A stretch of 30,640 bases of DNA from a virus (taxonomy: Duplodnaviria > Caudoviricetes), in IMG/VR virus record IMGVR_UViG_3300020325_000054, positions 1-30,640 of that record. One strand, given 5' to 3'. Of the stretch, positions 7,844-16,519 are shown in pieces. Made by a program: the position numbers and the translations under genes. The notes under the pieces are model-generated. The model ran no database searches, was not told where the DNA came from, and worked only from the letters and a program-made list of their open reading frames with translations. Numbering within the stretch: the stretch's first letter is position 1; every line of letters starts with the position of its first letter.

Positions 7844-7872
7844 ATTATACTATTCTGCTATTCCTTTGTCAA
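7844..7872 (-). promoter_or_regulatory. Perfect consensus sigma70 promoter
   Basis: TTGACA (7872-7867), 17 nt, TATAAT (7849-7844), 23 nt upstream of the ATG at 7820. Confidence 0.9.
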
Positions 7873-8214
7873 TCTCAAGCTAGTGTAGGGAATGCCCCCA
7901 GATGGAGTAATAACTTGTACTTCAATAAAATAATCTTGATCTTCTAAATCTGTCGTTTGAGGGAACCAGTCAGTTGCAATTTCTGTAGCAACTGCTTGAG
8001 ATGAAAATTCATAGAATGTGTATTTGTTATCAAATACCTCACCAATCTCATCTACAGGGATTGAATCATCATAAAATTCTCTGACTTCTGTTTTTTTAGT
8101 ATCAGAAAGAGTAAAATAGTGGGTATTATCAATTAAAAGAACAAACTTTTCTTTTGTTTTTGCATAATGAGCAACCATCTCATAGATCCTCATCGCATTC
8201 ATTGATACTAACAT
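7858..8214 (-). CDS. Hypothetical protein of the tail-fibre operon
   Basis: ORF track; TAATG coupling to the upstream chaperone gene. Confidence 0.8.
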   Translation of the reverse strand: MLVSMNAMRIYEMVAHYAKTKEKFVLLIDNTHYFTLSDTKKTEVREFYDDSIPVDEIGEVFDNKYTFYEFSSQAVATEIATDWFPQTTDLEDQDYFIEVQVITPSGGIPYTSLRLTKE

Positions 8215-9137
8215 TATACTTCTCCGTTAGCGATACGTGTAATCAATTCTTCTAGATATTTGTCTGCTTTCTCTGCTGACCCGAGATTTTCAATGACTGT
8301 ATTTCTCATGTCCTCATTTTGATTATTTGAAGCGATCTTAAATGGTTCAACTTCAATTCTACCATATGGACCATCATCAGTAGTGAATGCTTTGAGTGCA
8401 ATATATGTACTCATTCTTTGAGCAAATGATCTCATTGCATTTGAAGATAATTTCCAAAAATGATATTTACTAGTCAGATAATCTTCATCACATCCTTGAT
8501 TCCCATAAACACCAACCTGCAATTCTGACATTTCAAAAGATTTTCTATTCAAATATTCAGTTGGAGTAATTGGAAAGATTACATCATATGGACTCTGCGC
8601 TGATTGTAATTTAAGAAAATCTCTCAAATATTGTCTATATTGTCTCCACAATGCTTTTTCTTCATCAGTTAATTCAGTGTCTGGCAATTGAGTATAATCA
8701 CTATCTTGTAAAAGAAATGTGCGAATGAGTTTTACTTTTGCCCAAGTAAGAATTTGTCCAACAGCAAACTTTCTTTGAACAGCTGCTTCATAAGTTGCCT
8801 CAGATTCTTCCTTGTATGCAAGAAATTTCTCTTTTAAATTCTCAAGTAATTCAACAACAGAAACTGCACTTACACCATCGGGGTCGAATTCATATCCTAC
8901 CCACTTGTATTCACCTGTCTTAAAATTCTTCTTGTACTTGTTCTTTTCGATCAAATACGTACCATCTTCTCTATATACGAACAATTCCAACCTATCTTTT
9001 GGATTGTCCCAAAGAGGATAAAGGATAGGAACAAAATGCTCCTCCCAAAAACTATCATTTATTTCTTTCTGAACACCTTTATAACTAATAGTTTTTTCGT
9101 AAGCGTTCAAAAATAAAGTAGCATTGCTTCTTGCCAT
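8214..9137 (-). CDS. Phage tail-fibre assembly chaperone-like protein
   Basis: RTFLLQDSDYTQLPD..EKALWRQYRQYLRD matches the tail assembly chaperone motif R..LL..sDwtqlpD..W..YRq.LRD; lies downstream of the fibre genes. Confidence 0.8.
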   Translation of the reverse strand: MARSNATLFLNAYEKTISYKGVQKEINDSFWEEHFVPILYPLWDNPKDRLELFVYREDGTYLIEKNKYKKNFKTGEYKWVGYEFDPDGVSAVSVVELLENLKEKFLAYKEESEATYEAAVQRKFAVGQILTWAKVKLIRTFLLQDSDYTQLPDTELTDEEKALWRQYRQYLRDFLKLQSAQSPYDVIFPITPTEYLNRKSFEMSELQVGVYGNQGCDEDYLTSKYHFWKLSSNAMRSFAQRMSTYIALKAFTTDDGPYGRIEVEPFKIASNNQNEDMRNTVIENLGSAEKADKYLEELITRIANGEV

Positions 9138-9160
9138 TATACTAGTCCCTTTATCATTGA

Positions 9161-9168
9161 TATTTATT
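9161..9168 (-). promoter_or_regulatory. T4-type late promoter
   Basis: AATAAATA in the short intergenic gap, 23 nt before the ATG at 9137. Confidence 0.7.
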
Positions 9169-12100
9169 CTAAAATGCTTTAATTAAATATTTTGAGCGAT
9201 GATATCTAGTTAGCAAAGGAATATCCTCTGTAGTTCTCGCTTCAGCAGTAACAGAAACTGGTGTTGATCCAGTCAATGTCAATAAACCGTCAGTAAATCT
9301 AATATTTGAATCTTTAGCAGTTACTGTCCTTTTAACTACATTAATTCCTGCATCTGGTCCACAAGTTCCTGTATTGTTTCCAGGCAGTGTAGCATCACTA
9401 GAAGGAACAAATACATTGTTTGTAACTTCACCATATACCATACCAAATTGTGCTAATCCCCAGTTATCATTAGTTAATCCACCTGGGACATCATCATTAT
9501 CACCAGCAGCATCTGGTCTATTCTGTCTTATAACAAGATAAATGCCACTCTTGCGAGCATCATTTTCCTCATCTAATTCAATAATATAGTTTTCATATCC
9601 TGCCGAACCACCAGGACCGCCAGCAGCAATACGCTCAAGATTAGTTTCTGAAGGAGAATCTAAAGAAGTTTTAAAGAACAAAGAAAAATCTTCCTCTGGT
9701 GTATCACCACCATTAGATCCATTACCTTTGATGACTGTAAATATCAACTTTTCCACAAAAGTGAGATTAAGTGGACCTATTTGCAACCAACGACTCCCTG
9801 CACCCTTAAATTCAACAAATCTCTGTGCTTTGCTATCAGAAAGTGTTGTTGCTGCTGGGAAATTAGATCCCGTTGGAGATCTAACATTCACACCAGAACT
9901 CGCTGAATGCCAGATATTACCAGTTGAAAATGTATCTGGGAAATCTGGAGTGTTAGTAGGCATTCCAGGAACTTCATAATATCTACCTTTAGGACTTGTG
10001 AGTTCAGCTTCCCCAACCTCTGTTGCTGTAATTTCATATGCTTCTACACGGACTTCACCGTCAGCACCCTTGTTACCGTTACCAGCACCACCACCTCCAC
10101 CAGAACCAACACTAATAATTAATTGGGTTGAGATATCTTCATTAATATAATCATTGACAGCAAAACTTAAACCAATTCCAGCGCCAGCGCCACCACCACC
10201 ACCTGGGTCATTTTCTACTTCTCCCTCATAATAAACTTTATATGTGACATAACCTTTACCACCAGATCCAGATGTCTCAACTGCACTACTTATGTGGTTT
10301 TGGTTAACTGCAGATCTACCTCTAAATCCACCATCACCAGATCCAGTGAGAGCATGACCAGCGCCAGCATCACCGCCGCCGCCACCGCCGCCACCGCCAG
10401 CTGGTCCAAAACCACCTCCACCGCCGCCGCCGCCTCCAGCGGTACAACCAGAAGTGCCTCCAGCGGATCCTTGATCTGTACCTACTGAAGATACGGATCT
10501 AAGTCCTCCACCTTGATTATAAGCTACACCACTTCCACCAACCCAGCAAGGATCTTCTGGTGCGCTGCCACCATTCCATCCACCACCTGATCCGCCACCG
10601 CCGCCACCGCCGCCAGCACCCATAATAATACCAACTCCAGTTCTAACTGATGATCCACCGCCACCAGCACCACCTGTCGCTCCGTTACCGCGAGCGCCAC
10701 GACCTCCATTTCCTCCTCTAACTTCACCCTGTCCTGGATTGTCATTTGTATCTTCTGCAATTTTAGGAAATGGACCAATGTTGTTAAATCCGTTACCGCC
10801 TTTTGTTCCAATTTTATGAGTAAAATTGGTAGATCCAGAATATGTTCCCTGAACATATGCACCATTACCACCATATCCTCCTCTAAAACCAGCACCACAT
10901 CCAGAGTTAGCATTGTTGTTGCCATCACCACCAGCACCGCCTGAAAGACCAATAACAACCTTGTCAACGCTACTATCAGATGGTATATAATCTCCTGGTC
11001 TAAAAGTACCATCAGAATTATAAGTTTTAGTGACGTTACCTTCAATTGTAGTAGTGTCAAAACCACCATCACCACCATCTGCTCCAATTGTTCCAGCACT
11101 TCCGCCATCACCACCAGAAGAAGCGTTGGAACCACTACCTCCTAAGTATTCATTTATGCTAAATCTATCATCATTTAAAAGAGCTCCAGGAATTACAGTA
11201 GTACCACGTGTTCCCCCATTGCCACCACCATTTCCAGATCTACCACCTGCTCCTCCATTAGCAGTGACGGTATAAGAAACACCATCAACAAGAAAAGAAA
11301 CACTTGTGTTTCCTCCAGCAATACCATTACCTGATGACCCACCGCCACCGCCACCACCAGCTCTAATCTGCATATCAAAAGAAGATGTTCTAGCTAGAGC
11401 TGGTACTGTATGTGATCCAGGACCATATATTTCCTCAAGACGAAGTTCACCAACACCAACATTAACTCCAGGAACAACTTTTCCACCAATAGTAGTAACA
11501 TTATCAACTACATATACTCTTGGTTCTGGAGTGTATTTTTGCTCCTCGAAAAAACCAGCAGCTTCTCTTATTTGTCCATCTGCACCACCGCCACCAGTAG
11601 TGTTGGCAATGTTTATTGATGTAGAAGTAAGTCCATCTTCTAGAACTTCATATGTACCATCAACAGAAGCGTTTCCTGTTCCTTGTACAACAACAGTATC
11701 ACCTTTAGCAAGTCCATGATCAGTTGTTGCAACAATTGTTATTACTTCTCCATTTCCCGTCCAACTAGAAATGTTTATAGCTGGTGCTTCTGTAATACTA
11801 TATTGTGGACAACCTAAAGCATCTGTTGTATTAGAACCTATGCCATCGGTATTGCCATATGTTGCAATTCTAGAATTACTTGGTCTAGTTCCAAATAAAC
11901 CATGCGAGTGACCTAATGCTTCTTCTCCTTCTGGAACAAATGAAATTACTGATCCTCTTTGTTGAATGTATACGGTTGAATAATTATCAACACCACCAGT
12001 AGTAGCAAACGTACTCGGATCTGGTTGACTATGCAATATTTGGTGTTCGTGTGATGGAGGTTTTGCGTAAATATAATCTTGGATTGGTCCAACAATATAT

Positions 12101-13725
12101 TTTTTCTCACCAACCAAATATGGTTCGATTTGTGTGGTTACATTACTATAACCAGTAGTAATCACATCACTAATTTCAAAAAATTCCTGTGGCGTATTGA
12201 TAGTCTCTCTTGAGATATACCATCTACCACCAGTATCACCCATATTCATAGTGATTCTACTTTCAACCAGTGGAGTTCCTGCCCCTTCAACACCTTCACC
12301 AAATCCAATTAGTTTTCTATCCCTATAATCAGGCACTCTGAATTTGCCCAAAATATATGGATAGTCCTTTAATTGAAATCCTTTTCTAATTCTAACTGTT
12401 GGGTGTCCTGTTACTGGACTTGCAAAAACATCCTGAGGATCAAATGCAGTCCAATCAGCTTCTAAATTTGTAGCGCCAGCACCGCCACCACCTGGCAATC
12501 CAGAACCTCCACCAATAACATCTAAATTACGTTCAAACCATGGTGTTTTTACAAAAAGTTGAGGAATAAATGTTCCAGAACCAAAAGTAAAATCAATATA
12601 CTCAACCAATGACTGACCATCAGTCAAATATGCTTTGACATATAATCTGTAAAGGTGCTCTTCACCCTGAGGTGGTTGAGGACCACAATATCCATTATTG
12701 TACCACTCTGAATCTAATCCCCAAGTAGTAAATTTTTGCTCAACATCACCAAAAGTAACCCCACTTGGCCAAATGCCATTTACATCAATAAAAGTAGTAG
12801 TTGCTGGAATATTTTTTACATGCCAATGAACAAATGCTACTTCTGTTTCACTTGTATCTGGATTATCTCGCGATCCTCCCATTGTAGAAAGATCTTCTAA
12901 AAGAATTTCATATTGATCAATAACAGCTCCCTCTGGAAGACCAGACATTTGTCCCCAACTAAGTGCTATTGTATCATTCTTTGCTCCAGGATAATTTGGA
13001 TATCCAGTTGGATATATTAAATTCCCTGGGTCAAATTCAGGAACAGTTCCGACGTGTGCTATCGGTAATTTTAAATATGTACTACCATCGTTAATTAAAC
13101 TGGAAGATGTAATTTGCCATGTAACAGTTCCACCAGGAGATTCTCCTCCACCACCTCCACCACCAGGATTTGTATTTAAATTAGTAGTAAGAACTCTGTA
13201 TACATGAGTATCAGTTTCTTGAGCGAGAGATTGAAATTGCTCTGTGTAATTTAAACGATATACTCCATCAGATTCAATGGTGGTTCCAGGATTCCAACTA
13301 CCAAGTTCAGGAAATTCAATTGTTGCCCCATCTGGAATTACTCGTTCATAATATGTCGAACCATCTGCCTTTCTTTGACTACGACCATATACTTCAATAA
13401 AAAGATTCCCATTATCAACAAAAGTTCTGTTGATAGATCCTGGTTGTCCATGATATGTATATACTAGTGAATTCCTTTGGACATCAGTTGTTTTGATATA
13501 TTCATCACCAATTACTTGGTATAAATTTGGATAGTCATTGATATTATATTCTGCACCATCACAATACAAATATCCCCTGTAGTCAAATTCAGGGTCTTTT
13601 GCACTGCTATTTTCAATCCGATCAGTATTAGTACCAACAAGAGTCGGGACAATAGCACCCACACTTACATAGGATCCTCCCTTGTCGGAATAGTAATTCG
13701 GTAACGTAGATCTGTAAACTGCCAT
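9169..13725 (-). CDS. Tail-collar-domain, glycine-rich tail fibre (1518 aa)
   Basis: Collar motifs VGAIV, GYLYCDG..YPNLYQVIG and FRVPDYR; HxH motifs (HEH, HSH); long Gly-rich tract; C-terminal KYLIKAF. Confidence 0.85.
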   Translation of the reverse strand: MAVYRSTLPNYYSDKGGSYVSVGAIVPTLVGTNTDRIENSSAKDPEFDYRGYLYCDGAEYNINDYPNLYQVIGDEYIKTTDVQRNSLVYTYHGQPGSINRTFVDNGNLFIEVYGRSQRKADGSTYYERVIPDGATIEFPELGSWNPGTTIESDGVYRLNYTEQFQSLAQETDTHVYRVLTTNLNTNPGGGGGGGESPGGTVTWQITSSSLINDGSTYLKLPIAHVGTVPEFDPGNLIYPTGYPNYPGAKNDTIALSWGQMSGLPEGAVIDQYEILLEDLSTMGGSRDNPDTSETEVAFVHWHVKNIPATTTFIDVNGIWPSGVTFGDVEQKFTTWGLDSEWYNNGYCGPQPPQGEEHLYRLYVKAYLTDGQSLVEYIDFTFGSGTFIPQLFVKTPWFERNLDVIGGGSGLPGGGGAGATNLEADWTAFDPQDVFASPVTGHPTVRIRKGFQLKDYPYILGKFRVPDYRDRKLIGFGEGVEGAGTPLVESRITMNMGDTGGRWYISRETINTPQEFFEISDVITTGYSNVTTQIEPYLVGEKKYIVGPIQDYIYAKPPSHEHQILHSQPDPSTFATTGGVDNYSTVYIQQRGSVISFVPEGEEALGHSHGLFGTRPSNSRIATYGNTDGIGSNTTDALGCPQYSITEAPAINISSWTGNGEVITIVATTDHGLAKGDTVVVQGTGNASVDGTYEVLEDGLTSTSINIANTTGGGGADGQIREAAGFFEEQKYTPEPRVYVVDNVTTIGGKVVPGVNVGVGELRLEEIYGPGSHTVPALARTSSFDMQIRAGGGGGGGSSGNGIAGGNTSVSFLVDGVSYTVTANGGAGGRSGNGGGNGGTRGTTVIPGALLNDDRFSINEYLGGSGSNASSGGDGGSAGTIGADGGDGGFDTTTIEGNVTKTYNSDGTFRPGDYIPSDSSVDKVVIGLSGGAGGDGNNNANSGCGAGFRGGYGGNGAYVQGTYSGSTNFTHKIGTKGGNGFNNIGPFPKIAEDTNDNPGQGEVRGGNGGRGARGNGATGGAGGGGSSVRTGVGIIMGAGGGGGGGGSGGGWNGGSAPEDPCWVGGSGVAYNQGGGLRSVSSVGTDQGSAGGTSGCTAGGGGGGGGGFGPAGGGGGGGGGDAGAGHALTGSGDGGFRGRSAVNQNHISSAVETSGSGGKGYVTYKVYYEGEVENDPGGGGGAGAGIGLSFAVNDYINEDISTQLIISVGSGGGGGAGNGNKGADGEVRVEAYEITATEVGEAELTSPKGRYYEVPGMPTNTPDFPDTFSTGNIWHSASSGVNVRSPTGSNFPAATTLSDSKAQRFVEFKGAGSRWLQIGPLNLTFVEKLIFTVIKGNGSNGGDTPEEDFSLFFKTSLDSPSETNLERIAAGGPGGSAGYENYIIELDEENDARKSGIYLVIRQNRPDAAGDNDDVPGGLTNDNWGLAQFGMVYGEVTNNVFVPSSDATLPGNNTGTCGPDAGINVVKRTVTAKDSNIRFTDGLLTLTGSTPVSVTAEARTTEDIPLLTRYHRSKYLIKAF

Positions 13726-15089
13726 CAGATTTTAATTAAATATTCCGTGATGATATATGGCTGAATATATTTATCTGCCTTTCTTGACGTATTTACTTTG
13801 ATAGTAATTCGTGATGATAATCTACCAGATGGTTGTGCAGTAGCTGCTCTGGTTTTCAATTGATATGTATGTGGATCATCTGCATTAAAATCCATTCTAT
13901 GTCTATGAGTACCATCATAACCAACTTCACCTGTTAATGATGTAATATTTTGAACTCCAGGTGTTCCGACCAAATAGTATTGATCATCGTATGATGTCCA
14001 TGGAAGATTTACACCTTGATCTGCTGTCCAGTTTGTCAATTCATCGGAATTTTTCTCAGGTCTGTTTTTTCCAACAGCACCACCAATACATTCACCAAAA
14101 AAACCGAATGTGCATTCACAGGATTGAGTATATGTAGGAGGATAATTAATTCTTCCATAATCTGTACCGTCTGAACATACAGATGGACCTTCTGGAGCAC
14201 TGTCTTTATTTTTTGATTGACACCAATCTTTATTATCAACTTCTGGACATAGACCATCATCTGGCCATAAGCAGAATCCATCACTACCGATAAATCCAGA
14301 ACAAACATCATTAAAACAACCACCATATTGTTCACAATATGATGTTGGTTCAGGCATGAATATACCAGCAGATTTCTTTCCACTAAGCCAGATGCTACTC
14401 ATTGCCCAATAGCACAAATCTTGTCTCGTGTGTTCCCACCACTGACAAACATTTAAAGAACTAGGAGATTTAGCATGATTGACTGCAAATGCACTAAAGT
14501 CGGCATTTCCCCTTGCTCTCTGTCTAGCACGTGTTGTTGTAGTTCTATGCATATGTGGTTGGAATGCAGTATGCGGAACATCAATAAATTCGGTATAGGC
14601 ACCTGTACTAACACTAAATGCTGGTTCGCCACGCAAATCTAATGTTTGGGGAGGGATATAAAAAGATCCTGTATATGTTAGTTCATACGGACTTTCAATA
14701 TTTTGAATAACATCTAGACCAACACCAGCTTTAGGGATCACATCATCCTGAGCGGTTGTCACAAACAAATCATTATATTGTCCAATATTTGAGGATGTCG
14801 TTGCTCTGATATTTTTATTTCTTAAATCAGGTAATTGTATTTGATTTAATCCTAATGCTTGATTCTCTTTTCTAAATTTGCATTCATTGCCTACACCGAG
14901 AACTTCTGCAAGTAAAGGATATTCTTCAGCGAATAATATTCTACCATCACACCTTAAGTAACCAGCTGGTATTAATGCTTTGTTAATGGAACTAGCAGGA
15001 TCATCTGACGTTATTTCAACAGGGAATGATATAATCATCCCCGTCAGAGAACCCATCTTTGATTTTTCTTTGTTGTAAAATACTGCCAT
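13725..15089 (-). CDS. Tail-collar protein with a Cys-rich tip (short tail fibre-like)
   Basis: PAGYLRCDG..YPLLAEVLG..LPDLR collar; HMH and HRH motifs; C-terminal QPYIITEYLIKI. Confidence 0.85.
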   Translation of the reverse strand: MAVFYNKEKSKMGSLTGMIISFPVEITSDDPASSINKALIPAGYLRCDGRILFAEEYPLLAEVLGVGNECKFRKENQALGLNQIQLPDLRNKNIRATTSSNIGQYNDLFVTTAQDDVIPKAGVGLDVIQNIESPYELTYTGSFYIPPQTLDLRGEPAFSVSTGAYTEFIDVPHTAFQPHMHRTTTTRARQRARGNADFSAFAVNHAKSPSSLNVCQWWEHTRQDLCYWAMSSIWLSGKKSAGIFMPEPTSYCEQYGGCFNDVCSGFIGSDGFCLWPDDGLCPEVDNKDWCQSKNKDSAPEGPSVCSDGTDYGRINYPPTYTQSCECTFGFFGECIGGAVGKNRPEKNSDELTNWTADQGVNLPWTSYDDQYYLVGTPGVQNITSLTGEVGYDGTHRHRMDFNADDPHTYQLKTRAATAQPSGRLSSRITIKVNTSRKADKYIQPYIITEYLIKI

Positions 15090-16516
15090 TAGAATGCCCG
15101 AATAATGTACATCATTGTCAAAGATGGTGTGTTAATATCCATTTGAATACTCAATGCAGTATCTACATTCAAAGGAATTGCAGAACTCGTTCCAATATCA
15201 TTTACCAATATAGTGGTTGGAACCGATAAACTACCTTTAGTCATGACAATTTCCATCGACTCATGGGTATGTGAATCAAATCCAGTTTCTACCCATCTTT
15301 CATATGGATGATTAAGAGTAGTAGTGAAAGTATTAGTTACTGCAGTATTTATAGGTTGTGACTCACCCGCTTCATATGGAATATCATCAATATATTCTGC
15401 TGGCATTGAAGATCCTCTATGAAAAGATGGAATATCAGGAGAGGCATAATAATTTCTCTTACCTTGATATTTACCAGCAGGAGGAAAAGTTCCAGTGTAT
15501 GCAGGTTGCTGAATATTAGCAACAGCACGATTATCTTCTGTATATGCAACTTCAATACTGTTTCTTTCCTCAATCGCTCTGGTGCCAGCTGCCGCAACGT
15601 TATCTGGAACTAATGATTTCGACGCATCGATAACAACTCTAGAATCACCAGGAACCATAATGTCAGATGGATTATCAGGATTATACCAAGTAAGACTAGC
15701 TTCTGGATTACTATTAAAAGAATGAGGGAAAGGTGAACCTCTTTGACCAATAGCAGTAACACCAGTAATCTGACCATCAGAATTCAATGCTTCTTCAGCT
15801 CTTCCTGGTTGGAATTCTAAAAGATGTTGTCCTGTTGGTTGAGCAGACCAAAATTGATCAAAATCAGAATCAGACGCTGGTCTGTGAGTGTGTTGTGGTA
15901 TGTGATTAATGCCCAATTTCCTAGGCAAAACGTAAACCGTATCAAAATAAATTGGTTCTTCCATCACAATACCAGTAATTCTACCAGCAAGATTTTGAGA
16001 TACTTCAAGAGTAAATGTGATATCTACATTAGCATCTTGCAAAACGTCTGGAAGATCTCCTTCACTACCATTTCTACTAACTGTAGTAGTTAGAACAGAT
16101 AAATCATTAACCGTTAAAGCACTATCATTTGCAGGTTCGCTATCAGATCCTCTATTAGCTTCAATATCAATTAAGGATAATTGATTTAAGTTTGGTAAAG
16201 CAAAAGTATCTACATGCCTATTTGGATTGTGTCCAATTTGACCAGCAGGTGGATTATAAGGAAAATCATTAACTATTCCCCAATTAATTCCTGTCTCATA
16301 ACTAGTATCTGGCACTGGAGGACCATATGTATTACCAATTATCTTGGCAAGCAAAGGATAATTTGCAGCATTTAATTGTATTGCTGCTGCATTACAAATA
16401 ATCCACCCAGGAGGAACATTGTCCAAATTTTCCCCTGATGTAGAACCCCCGCCCCATGGCATAATTGTGCCAATTGGGGCTATTTTTGTTGATTTGATTC
16501 GATTATAACTCGCCAT
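15089..16516 (-). CDS. Tail-collar protein (short tail fibre/baseplate-associated)
   Basis: PIGTIMPW..PPGWIICN..YPLLAKIIGNTYG..FALPNL collar; two HTH motifs; C-terminal PSLTMMYIIRAF. Confidence 0.85.
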   Translation of the reverse strand: MASYNRIKSTKIAPIGTIMPWGGGSTSGENLDNVPPGWIICNAAAIQLNAANYPLLAKIIGNTYGPPVPDTSYETGINWGIVNDFPYNPPAGQIGHNPNRHVDTFALPNLNQLSLIDIEANRGSDSEPANDSALTVNDLSVLTTTVSRNGSEGDLPDVLQDANVDITFTLEVSQNLAGRITGIVMEEPIYFDTVYVLPRKLGINHIPQHTHRPASDSDFDQFWSAQPTGQHLLEFQPGRAEEALNSDGQITGVTAIGQRGSPFPHSFNSNPEASLTWYNPDNPSDIMVPGDSRVVIDASKSLVPDNVAAAGTRAIEERNSIEVAYTEDNRAVANIQQPAYTGTFPPAGKYQGKRNYYASPDIPSFHRGSSMPAEYIDDIPYEAGESQPINTAVTNTFTTTLNHPYERWVETGFDSHTHESMEIVMTKGSLSVPTTILVNDIGTSSAIPLNVDTALSIQMDINTPSLTMMYIIRAF

Positions 16517-16519
16517 CTA

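Noticed and set aside
10060-11400. CCACCG/CCGCCA tandem tracts as DNA repeats or a CRISPR array
   Set aside because: They encode poly-glycine of the fibre and show no repeat-spacer periodicity.
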